From: Prorocentrum cordatum
Taxonomy: Eukaryota
Length of the DNA stretch: 56,113 bases
Reading direction: 5' to 3'
Assembly (NCBI GenBank): GCA_963575745.1
Contig: CAUYUJ010000111.1
Span: 62,001-118,113, forward strand
The position numbers and the translations under genes were made by a program. Under the pieces are notes generated by a model. The model had not been told where the DNA came from and did no database searches. It saw only the letters and a program-made list of their open reading frames with translations. Position 1 is the first letter of the stretch; each line of letters begins with the position of its first letter. Shown here one piece after another: positions 24,501 through 35,199 of this stretch.

Positions 24501-25796
24501 GCTAGGTTTGGGAAACTATTTGTTTTTTGTTCGACTCATCTTGAGAGGTACTGTCGATTTACGCATGTAACTCGGGCTGTAGAAGAGCTACAGAGCTCGT
24601 ACAGAAGACAATCCAGAAGCATCGGGGGCGTTCGGCTGTTACGTCGGAGAGGTCTGAAATTGCTTGGGCTGAAAAACTTTTTTTTCAGTGTAATGTTTTT
24701 CGACATTATATGTTGTCAGGAAGCTCGACGAGTCCCCGGCGGTAACGAAGGTTGACGGTTTACCGCCGGCGCCCAGTTGGTCGACCCGACCAGAAAGGAA
24801 AAGTGGTGACTTTGGGTCGGTTTTGCGCAGATTTGAAAGATAGAAAGCAGATTTTTACGCCGAGCATTGGCATATGAACTCCTCTCTGACAGCAGCTCAG
24901 CTCTGCCGATGCATCTTCTTGAGAGTTGACTTCCCGGGACTGAGCGAATATGAACATCGAAAAAATCGAAAATGAAGATTTCCGAAAAATCTTTAGTTTT
25001 TGACTCTACTTCGATTCTCAGCACTCTTACCAGTGTAAGGAGCTCTACGAGGTTCCCGGCGGTGACTAGGTTTAAGAAAGTACGAGCGTGGACAGCGAGG
25101 GATGTTGGAGTTGAATATTCCGAGCTGAAAAGTTATCGAAAACAGCTCGCGCAGATGTTGCCCCATATATGGCAAAAGTGCTCGTTTCGATGTCGTCGTT
25201 TTTCAAAAAGATGTCGCTGCTTGTGAAAAAGATGTTGTTTTCAATGTGTTGTTGTTTCCAGAAATATTTCCCTGTGCAAACGCAAGTTTGCGACTCGAGT
25301 TGACGTTTTGATTGGGAGCGCGGGCAGCCGCTTGGCATCTTCCAGGTGGCATGGGTTGTGACAGCAGTGTCATTAGCTATACGTCGTTATCGATGTACGT
25401 ACGATAAGATTGCACGCGCAGAAGCCGTAGGCGTGATGATAGTAGGTTAAAGGGTACGTGCGGAGAGTACGTGTAGAGAGTGTCCGCGAAGAGACTGCGT
25501 ATACGAATCATGTCCACGTTCGTGTACAGGTGTCGTCGCTTGTGATGTCTACGCGTATGTGCATTGCAAACGAGGGCAACATTATCACAGCCCTGTTTAT
25601 CCTTTGAACTGCCACGAGCGGCTGCATTGCGATTGCGTTGCGTTTGGTCACATGTACCAGCGCTGCCCACAAGCCACGTGACTTGTCCATCAATGGTCGT
25701 TGCGATCGCGTTGCAGTTGCATTGCGATTGAATTGCGATTGCATGGCGGTTGCGTTGTGTTTGGTGGTCAATGGTGGCTTTTCTGGGTTTGTCAAA

Positions 25797-26975
25797 TTGT
25801 CGACGCTTCGCGTCCAACACCAGCCCATCCAGAAACGATGTCCAGGAGAGTTGAGGCCATCAGGGAAGCGGGGGGGGCATCCAGCAACACAGTGCGGAAG
25901 AAACTGTCACATGCCCCAAGAGGGGGAAGATGGAGGAGGAATCGTCGTCGTCGGAAGGGCGAGGACGAGGAGGGCGAGCAAGGAGGAGAAGGAAGAGAAG
26001 GAGGATAATGAGGAGAAGGAGGGAAAGGAGGGGAAGGATGAGAAGAACGAGGAGGGGGAGGAGGAGGGGGAGGAGGAGAAGGAGGAGGAGCGGGAGGAGG
26101 GGGAGGAGAAGGAGGACGAGGACCAGCAGAATAGCCAGAAGCATCTTGAATGTCTCTCGGATGTCTCTTGGAAGCCTTTTGGAAGCCTCTTCGGGCGTCT
26201 TGGGGGTCTCTTGGCGGTCAAGGGGGCCTCTTGGACGTCTTGGGTGCTTCGGGGGGGGTGCTCCTGGGGCCGCTTGGGGTCCTCTTGGGGGGTTCCTGGG
26301 GGCCTCTTGGCGGCCTCTTGGGGCCTCTTGGGGGCCTCTTGGGGCCATCTTGGAAGCCTCGTGGGGCCTCCTGGGCGTCTCTTGGGGCCATATTGGAGGA
26401 GATCTGTCAAAAAAGGCGGGTTCCTAAATTCGCGTCCCCTTGGGAGCGCCCAGCATCACATATTTTGCCCCTCTCGGGGCGCTCTTGGAACGCTCTTGGG
26501 CGCTCTTGGGGCCGTCTTGGGTTGGGGCTCTCGTGGGCCTCTATCGGGGCCCTCTTGGGCCATCTTGGAACCATCTTGAGGCCTCGGATGGCAATCGGAA
26601 GCAAACAGGCGAGAAAGCAAACACACATTGACGTTCCTTCGGTGTTTGAGGGATGTTGGCGTCTTCGGGATCTCCGTGGCGAGCTCGGAGGCCTCTTGGA
26701 GCCGTCTTGGAGCGGTCGTGGGGTCTCTTGGGGCAGCTTCGGAACCATGTTGAGGCACCGTAAGCTATCTTGAACCATCTTGGAAATCATCTTGGGCTCT
26801 CTGAGCCCCTCTTGGAGCCGTAATGTACCTTCTTGGACGCTCTGGCCGCTCGCGCCCCCCCCCGTCCAGGTCCAGGGGAAGGGGTAGGGGGAGGGGTAAA
26901 CCCCTCCCCGAAGGGGAAGAAGGAGGTTGGAAGAGTAAGCTCCTTGAACCACCTACGCCCAGAAGGCTGGTGGGA
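25797..26975 (-). mobile_element. Family-2 non-autonomous Helitron-like element, copy a
   Basis: Minus strand begins TCCCACCAGCC and ends GGGCTGGTG..GACGCGAAGCGTC GACAA. Inserted at A|T without a TSD. Interior of ctcttggg/ggcc and GGA repeats. Confidence 0.8.
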
Positions 26976-27691
26976 TGAGCAACGCACCCGATTTGTTTAG
27001 CCCCGTGGGGTTCGAACGCTTCCGTACCCATTTTGCCTCAAACCAACCAACTGTTGTTTCACCACTTGTCCCCACAGTTTCACCATATGATGTGCACGAG
27101 GGTGCGCTGCATGGAATGGAGTGCGGTCCCGATCCTGGACGGCGCGGCCGCGGCAGGCCCAGTCGACAGGCGGTGCGTGCAGCAGAGGGGTTGCAAGCTC
27201 TACGACAGGACGCACCGCCTCCACCCGTGGCGGCTGGAGCTGGCCAGGTCGTCGCCGTCGCCACCAGAAGATTGCTACGAGTGGAGCGCGAGATACCTCA
27301 AGATGTGTTTATGTCTTTATTTCGGCCTGGTCTGCCGAGCTGCCCCAATCAGTTGTCCCACTATGTATTGAAGTTGGCATCGCACCCCTCTGATGAGACG
27401 ACAGATGCGGCAGTTGCTGATTTCTGTGCTGAATTTTTCAACCCAGTGGTAAATGCATGGCAGGCGTCTTCGTTGATTGTGAGAGCACTGGATCTGCACA
27501 CGTTCCCGCGGTGGATCAAAGAGGCGACTCGCAGAGCAGCTGCAGCGGCCGAGCTGGTCGATCGAGAACGCAATGTGGCAGCACAGGTGCGAAGTTGTGC
27601 GTTGACAGGGGGGCAGGAGGTGTGGGCTAGCGATGCAGGGCTTACTCTGAACGCGCTGCAGTACAACATCGATCGCACGATTAACTATTCA

Positions 27692-27864
27692 GCGTGCTCT
27701 GTATCGCCTGCCCACCCTCCTTCCCCCCCCCCCACCCATCGCGCCATCGCCCCGACCCCTCGATCGCCGCGCCCGCCCACCTACCCCCCAGTTTCCGGCG
27801 TGGCAGTCGGGGGGGTGGGGCGTTGGCGCAGAGGGGGGCGCAACTTCTTCGCCCCTGCGCAAAG
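27692..27864 (+). other. Putative GC-AG intron, phase 0
   Basis: tca|gcgtgc ... caaag|gtt joins NYS to VALSS in frame. The interior is poly-C/G low complexity. Confidence 0.55.
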
Positions 27865-28671
27865 GTTGCGCTATCATCAATGCCTGGCCACGTGCAGTGC
27901 TTGGCGTTCGTTGAGTCGGCTCGGTACGACGAGGCCAGGATGTTGTTGAACGTCACGCAGCCCTCTGATGACAGTATCGGGAACCCGACCGTTGCAGATG
28001 CCTTGCGCCGCATCCAAGAGGCCTTGTCAATAGATCTGATCGTGGAGAGGGCGCCCGCAAAAGTGTTCCAGACCAAAATATCGTGGGGGGCTCTACTCAA
28101 GATCCAGAATGAGAACGGACATGCCACTTACTCAATCGTGACAAGCGAGGACGTGATCACAGCAGCCCAGGTTCTAGAAAACACAACCACGAACAACATA
28201 GCTGAGGCGCTTCGGAGTTCATCTGGCTGTCGGTGGCAGGCGGTGCAACGGTTCTTGTTTAAGACACGTCTCATTTGTTCAGATCGGTACGCTGCCCAGC
28301 TCAGTGCGGAACGATTAGTCACTGCATCACGTAAGGACTGGGTGCTTCTGCATTTCGGCTGCGAGGTCCACAAATCGACAGGTTGCCTGACCAAGTCGGT
28401 CGGCCTACTGGGGGCGACGGTGACAGGAGCTATACGCGTGGCGTTGAGCACAAACCTCGGCGGCTGGATGCGTGTGTTCAGGAAATGTTTGGTTTCCGTC
28501 GTCGAGGGTAGCATCGACGTCCGAGAAGGGCAATCCAGTGAAGATGCCAAGAGGTTCCGCAAACTTGCAGTTGCGATGTTCGTTCCAGGTAGGCACAGGC
28601 GACGGCTGACGCACATTCTTTTGTCGTGCTTGCCGAATGGCGATTGGGAGCTCCCCGACTGCGTGCAGGTA

Positions 28672-29770
28672 TTCTTGACGCTTCGCGTATCCCCACCAGT
28701 CCACCTAGAAACGATGCCCAAGCGAATTGAGGTGATCAGGGGCATACAGAGTAACAATGGGCTGGGGAACCATCTTGGCCCAGGAGGGGGAGGATGGAGA
28801 AGGAATCGGAGGAGGGGGAGGACGCAGAGAACGATGAGGAGGGGGAGGGGGAGGGGGAGGGGAGGAGGAGGAGGAGGAGGAGGAGGAGGAGGAGGAGGAG
28901 GAGGAGGAGGAGGAGGAGGAAGAATAAGGACGCAGATCGGCCAGAGGCCCGTTGTATGCCTCTTGGAGTTTCGTCGGGTATCTCGTGGGACTCCTCTTGG
29001 GACGTCTTGGGAGCCTCGCGGTGGTCCTGGGGGCCTCTTGGAGCGTCTTGGGTGCATCAGGGAGCCTTGTGGGGCTTTTTGGTGGTTTCTTGGGTGCATC
29101 TTGGAGGCCTTTTGGTCGCTTCTTGGGGGCTGGGCGCATCTGAGGCCCCCCTGGGTGCTACTGGGAGCTTCAGGGGGGCGCGTGGGGCAATCCTGGAGAA
29201 GATCGCCCAAATAAGGGGGGGGGTCACCAACTAGCCTCGCCCCTCGGTGGCCCTAAAGTTCGCTTCTGGGGCCCCCCATTGGAGAGCTATTGGGCGCGGT
29301 TGAGGCCGTCCTGGGGCTCTCTGAGGACCATCTGGGGACCCGCTTGGGCCATCTTGGGGCCATCTTGTAGCCTCGGAAGGCTATCGAAATCGGAATGGCA
29401 AGAAGGCGCGCCTCATCGATGTTCTTTCGGATGTTGAAGGAACCTGGCTTATTGGAAGCATCATTGGATCGCTCCGAGGCCCCTTGGAGCCCTCTTGGGG
29501 CGGCCTTGGGGCCCCTTAGAGCGTCTTCGGAGTTATCCTGGGCCATCTTGGGCTACCTTGGGTCATGGTGAGGCTCATCGTGGGCTCTCCGAGGCGCTCT
29601 TGGGGCAGTCTTGGGTCATATTGGGCGCTCCAAGCAGCGACCCGCCCCCCCTCCCTCTAGGTCCAGGGGAGGGGGGTAATAGGGGAGGGGTAAAGCCCTC
29701 CCCGAAGGGGAAGAGGGAGGAGTGGAAGATGACACGCCTTAAGCCACTCACACCCAGATGGCTGGTGGGA
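28672..29770 (-). mobile_element. Family-2 Helitron-like element, copy b, in a transposase exon
   Basis: ggta|ttcttgacgcttcgcgtatccccaccag ... ggctggtggga|ttcgtc. Removal gives gta ttc gtc ccg in frame. Confidence 0.85.
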
Positions 29771-31177
29771 TTCGTCCCGTTCGGGTGCACGACGCCGAAG
29801 GAGACAATTGCCAAGGTGGCGTCGCGTGGCATATGCCTCGCCTTGTGCCGCCAATTTCAAATATACAATAGGAAGAAGTGGACTGGTAACGACAAGGCCA
29901 TCTCAGATTTAGGGCTGCTTGAGTGTTGCCATCGGTTGCTATCGAGAACGTTTGCGCTGTGGCTTGTGAAGGCTGGTGCTCGCCGTCCTGCTGCAGCGGG
30001 CGACGACAGCGGCGCCGCTGCTCCGATGCCGATGCTACCAATTTCGGATAACCAAGGCGAGAATGTGAGTGGCTTTGGAGGTGCGATTTGTGACGCCATG
30101 GATGACACTGCTGACGCAGACGATCAATGCGGCGCCGCCTCGTCGAGCGGCCTCGGTGGCAAGCCAGCCCCTGCAGATGACCAGTTCGCTGAGCAGAATG
30201 CTAAAGCAAGGAGAATGGCAGAAGCGTGGCTTCTTAAGCAACGACCTGGGAAAGCACTGGCCGACCTCATCCTCATCCGTTGTATCATAGAGCCAGCGAT
30301 GGCAGTGCTCCGCAAACAACTTGTGATTGGCAGTGCACGGTGGGATCGGAAACAAAACCTGTTGTCCAGCATTGATAAGTTCAAGGGCATCAGCGCCCGT
30401 GATTATCGCATCCTCGTTTCTGCGCGCGGCCAGTTGGACATGGAGTATGACCGTCATGTGAGAATGCTCATGGAAAAGTCTGCGATATGGAGGTTGGTAC
30501 CCATCGAAGAGTGCACGATGTCGTTCAGATGCCTCGCCTTCAGGACAGCATCCAAACAAGCAGCCGAATGCGCTCGTGTTCTTGGCGTCGATCACGCTCG
30601 GCCTCATTTCAAGATTTTCGTGACTTTGTTGGATCCCAGCCTTTGCTCAGAATTGAAAACGATGTATGCGCGCACGCCGTGTTTGTTAGATCCATGGACC
30701 CGCGAGTTCCTCGCGACTTGGGACATCGAATCAGAAGATGCAAAGATGGTGTTGCTGCTCATTTTGCTTTTAGGGTATACAGATACAGCGTCAGTGGAAT
30801 GCATGCACGCGTGGGCCAGGCGCATTATCACGAGGCTCGGCACGCAGACGCATCGCCCGAACTTCTTCGACGTGTCTGCTCGGTCAGTACAGCAGCAACA
30901 CAAACGACGCAGTGCAGAGATTAATCCATGGCGCCCCCCTCAAGCACGTCCGCCCGACACGCGCGACACTGCTGCCGACGACGCGGGAGATGAAACGGAG
31001 CAGCCACCAGCACGGAAACAACCTAGACGAACTGGGGGTGGCGGCGCTTGGAGGAGCCATGTGTCCAGAATGTGGAGGCAGAAAATCACCGACCCTGTAG
31101 CAGTCAAAGAGGCATGGTTGAATCGCACTGATGCGGAGAAGCTCCAAGACGCCGTTGACGGCAAGCATGCGACAGAA

Positions 31178-31900
31178 TTATTGACGCTTCGCGTGTCCCC
31201 ACCAGCCCATCCAGAAACGGTGCCCACGCGAGTTGAGGTGATCAGGGAAGTGAAGGAGCATGCAGAGGAACCAAGGGCTGGTGCAACAGTCTTACTCCAA
31301 GAACGGGAGGACGGAGTAGGAATCGGAGGAGGATGAGAGGGAGGAGGAGGAAGAGGAGGAGGAGGAGGAGGAGGAGGAGGAAACGGGTTAGCAAAAAGGT
31401 CAGAGGCCTCCTGGATGCCTCTCGGAGTCTCTTCTGGTGTCTCTTGGGGGCTCCTTGGGCGCCTCTTGGGACGTCTTCTCCTGGAGCGTCTTGGGTGTCT
31501 CGGGGGGCCGTTGGGGGCCTTGTGGGGGTCTCGCGGATGTATCTTGAGGGCCCCTTGGGGGTCTCTTGGGGCCTCCTCGGCACCTCTTGAGGCTCTCTTG
31601 GGGCCCTCTTGGGAGCCTCGGGGGCGCTCGTGGGGCCATCTTTGGAGGAGATCGACCAAAGAAGGGGGGTCCTATATTCGCGCCCCCCCCAAGAAGCCAA
31701 ACTGGGGCCAACGCCTTAGTAACGCCAATGGTTGTGGCTTCCTCGCTGAGGCCGTTTTGGACGCTCTGACCGCTCGCCGCCTTCCCCGTCCAGGTCCAGG
31801 GGAGGTGGTGTGGGGGAGGGGTAAACCCCTCCCCGAAGGGGAAGAAACGGGTTGGAAGAGGAAGCTCCTTATACCACCTACGCCCAGAGGGCTGGTCGGA
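31178..31900 (-). mobile_element. Family-2 Helitron-like element, copy c, in a transposase exon
   Basis: gaa|ttattgacgcttcgcgtgtccccaccagccc ... gggctggtcgga|ttgcac. Removal gives gaa ttg cac in frame. Confidence 0.85.
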
Positions 31901-33042
31901 TTGCACAGGGCTGGTCTGCCTGGTTTCGGTCCTCGTCAATCCATTGCGGACCGACAGGTGCAATCGCAGGCCGTTGCTTTGTTCAATCGGCAGAATGTGC
32001 TCTCTGAGTCCAGTTTTCTCGCAGCCCCGATGGATGCACTTCAAATGTCCTTGTCTGAACACTCGGACGGGGCCTTGCGGGAGCTTATCAAGACAGTTCA
32101 GCGTGCAGATAGAGCAGCCAACCGCCAGCGTAGAGACGAGGAGGCGATGGTTGAGTCAAAGATTGCCGAGATCGCGAAGGAGCAACGCAGTTTGGTGGTG
32201 GAGTCGCTATTCAAGAGCACTGGGAAAGTTGATGAACGACATGTTGCATTCCGGACAGCCCCTATGAACGGTGCTTCGGCGGGCGCCCCAGCAGTGCGGG
32301 CCAGGGTCGATACCGATGTGTCTGGAGCAGTGGGTGCTGCCATGTGTACCGCATACGCCCGCGGACAAGCTTACCATCACCGTTCTTTGTCGAATGCTTT
32401 GGACACGTACTGGCATGCACGGAATGCGGTGGTCTGCCAACCGTGCTCCAGTGAGCCTGGTTTCCGCGTCGACGACGAAGACCAGGATCCTGATCACCGA
32501 GATTGCTACAAGGCAGGTTTCTGTTTACGGACTGCGGGGGGACGCAGGCTGTTCAAGTGGAGAAACAGCGTTCTGCGAGCGATCAAGTTCTTCACGCCCT
32601 ACAAGTCGCAGAGACGCCAGCTCATGCTTGATGGGTGGTACGTGCTGCGACTGCGTGGCCGTCGCAAGGCAGACTGTGTAGCGCCGTCAATGGATGCCAT
32701 GGTTCTTCAAGATTTTTTTGGTGATGATGATCCTGAGATTGCCGACGCCATCACAGATATGAATCGTGACACTGTGTACACGTGGTGGCACGCATCCCAT
32801 GTGAATTTGAGCCCGTATGTCATGGTCTTCCAACCTATGCGGTGTGTGGTGGGAGAGGCTGACTCCGACCACTCCGACGTGTGGCTCGAGGTGTGGCCTT
32901 GGGTGGGCAGTCACAAACTCGCCAGGGTTGTGATACAATTAAATTGTTCATATGTCTACCAACCGCAAGGCTCACTTCAATGCCTTAGCCCTTTTTTGTC
33001 ACCCTCTTTCATTCAGTTCGCAATCCCCTCGGCATCGAAATC

Positions 33043-33213
33043 TAGGTCACCCCTTAAGTCACCCCCAGGGGTGCGAAGATAACCATTTAACCATGCCTCG
33101 CGCCTCGCGGCCTGGGCTGGAGAGCCGTTCCTTTCCAAGGGGGCTGCGCGAGGGCGTCAAGATGACCGCGCGCCGCGCACCGCGGGGAGCGATGCGCGAA
33201 GTTAGGCGCCTTA
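33043..33213. mobile_element. ~170-bp MITE-like dispersed repeat, copy 1
   Basis: Similar along its length to 50847-51009 (taggtcacc..gataacca..tcgcggcctgggc..gcgatgcgcgaagttaggcg). Confidence 0.6.
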
Positions 33214-33685
33214 GGAACCACGTTTCCCTTAACTTGCCCGACTTGCCCTCCCCTTCCCCTGTTTGCAAACGCCGAAGGCGACGACGGGGGAGGGAGGGGG
33301 GCAGAGGGGCAAGTACAGGGAGAACGGGATGACGAATCAGCGACAGCCATAATGATAAGTGCAACGGCTGCAAGTTTAAGCATCGAAACATATATGATGC
33401 GAGATGGAAGGGCAACCGGATGCACTGCTAGTTAGAAGGGGGGCTGTGTGGAGCGGCAAGGGGGGAGAACGTACGAGATATGTACGGGCAGCTGCAAGGC
33501 AGCCCAGCACTGTGGCAGTGACTCGCTGCGCACCTTCTTGCGGGGTCGTCTGATTACTCTCTGTGGGCTGCCTATAGGGCACATTGCGTGACCGCGCGTT
33601 TGCACCCTGCCCTGTCCCGCCTGCCCTCCACCGCCTCAACCCTAGCCTAAACAAAATACACCAGCCGCATCTGTTCCAACGGCGT

Positions 33686-33830
33686 GCGCGCACACGCGCG
33701 CACACGCACACGAACACGCACGCACATACACACACGCACACACACACACACGCACGCACACGCACACGCACACGCACACGCAAACACACACACACACGCA
33801 AACACACACACACACACACACACCACCATC
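33686..33830. repeat. (CA/CG)n microsatellite
   Basis: Read directly from the sequence. Confidence 0.9.
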
Positions 33831-33995
33831 ACGACCAGCTCTGCACCCCGACATCCCATCCCACATCCCTCCCTTCCTCCCTCCCGCCTGCCACCCACTT
33901 CTCAGTATCAGCCTCCCCTCACCCAGTCCCTTATCCAGTGCATCATCACCATCACCAACATCACCACCAAGAAACGTATCACCATCCTCTGCCAA

Positions 33996-34668
33996 TCCCA
34001 CCAGCCCTCTGGGCGTCTGTGGTTTAGGGAGTTTCCCCTTCCACCCCATCATTCTTCCTCTTCGGGGAGGGGTTTACCCCTCCCCCGACCCCCTCCCCTG
34101 GACCTGGACGGGGGGTTTCGCGAGGTGCCAGGGCGTGCAAAGCGGCCTCGGCGAGGAAGCCACAATCATTGCTTGTACCATGGTTTTGGCACCAGTTTTG
34201 GCATCCTGATGAAGGGGGGCGCTAATTAGTACCACACCCCTCTCCTGCGATCGATCTCCTTCAAGATGGCCCCGAGACGCGCCCAGGAGGCCCCAAGAGT
34301 GCCCCAAGAGTGCCCCAAGATGGCCCCAAGAGGCCCCCAAGAGGCCCCCCAGGCGGCACCCAAGAGATCCCCAAAAGGCCCCAAGAGACCCCCTAGAGGC
34401 ACCCAAGATGCTCCAAGAGGCACCGCCGAGAATACCAAAGCATTCGTTTCACAGCAGGTTTTGGCCACATGTTGGCCTCCTGAGGGGGACTGATTAAGAT
34501 GACTCCAAGAGCACCTGGGAAAGCCCAACCTGACCTCCAAGATGGCTCAAGCTACCCAAGGATGTCTCATGATGGTTTCCCCAGTGTGCTGCCCACTGCA
34601 CTGATCGAGACAACTCCTCTGGGCATCGTGTCTGGATGGGCTGGTGGGGATTCGCGAAGCGTCAACAA
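33996..34668 (+). mobile_element. Family-2 Helitron-like element, copy d, in the opposite orientation
   Basis: gccaa|tcccaccagccc ... gggctggtggggattcgcgaagcgtcaacaa|ttcg. Confidence 0.85.
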
Positions 34669-35199
34669 TTCGAGTTGCAGTTAGAGTTAAGCTTTGAGCT
34701 TTCGTTGGGTGTAAATTGAAAGTTTAAATTCGTTTTTAAGCTGGCGCAAGTCGTGCGTGACCTGGCGCGGTGTACTACACGCGTGCGCGCGTGCGTGGTT
34801 GGCGTAGTATTGTCCATAACCGAAAAATCGCAACGTGGGCATGGGGTTCTGAAAAAAGGGGTCCCGTGGCGGCCACCGAGCGGACTTCAAACGAGCACAA
34901 GCGCCTAGTATGACGGTAAATTTCGTCAGCGTGCGACGTGCCCACGCGAGCGTGTGGTGAGCCTTGCGCAGCCCACAATCGAGAAGTCGCCATGCGAGCC
35001 TGTGAACTACAGCGAGCCCTTGGCGGTGCCCGAACGAGAATTGAGTTAGCATCAATTCGTGACGTGTCAGTCACATGGTTCGGCGTACGCAACGCGTGCG
35101 CACGCGGGGGCAATGGGCTGCGCATTGTTAGCTAGCCGATATGCTGGTCTGACAACGTAAGCGAACCCTCGGCGGTGACCGAAGGGAGTAATGACAAAC

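Larger units (their letters stand above)
2112..25072 (+). repeat. Head-to-tail array of about 19 non-autonomous Helitron/Helentron-like units (0.3-1.3 kb), interrupted by LINEs
   Basis: Units end in RAGCTCTACGAG, the hairpin CCGGCGGTRA..TYACCGCCGG and CAG|T. Ends at 2144, 3100, 3742, 4767, 5159, 5447, 6444, 7755, 8899, 10044, 11190, 11593, 12018, ~13686, 14873, 21886, 23133, 23616 and 24776, truncated at ~25072. The inverted motif CTCGTAGAGCTT is present at the start of the longest units. The repeat itself is certain; the Helitron class is inferred. Confidence 0.85.

Noticed and set aside
2112..25072. CRISPR array or integron attC cassette array
   Set aside because: The intervening units are 0.3-1.3 kb, mutually homologous and non-coding. 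No cas or integrase gene is visible and the context is eukaryotic.
25638..26987. Glu-, Arg- and Gly/Leu/Trp-rich ORFs (also 28700-29700, 31240-31800, 41978-42600, 46227-47058, 55330-56097)
   Set aside because: Low-complexity repeats that stay open in several frames on both strands.
28669..29770. Family-2 insertions as spliceable introners
   Set aside because: The ends are TT..GA on the gene strand. The nearby cag|gta donor with the cccag acceptor at 29757 does not restore the frame, and copies occur in both orientations.
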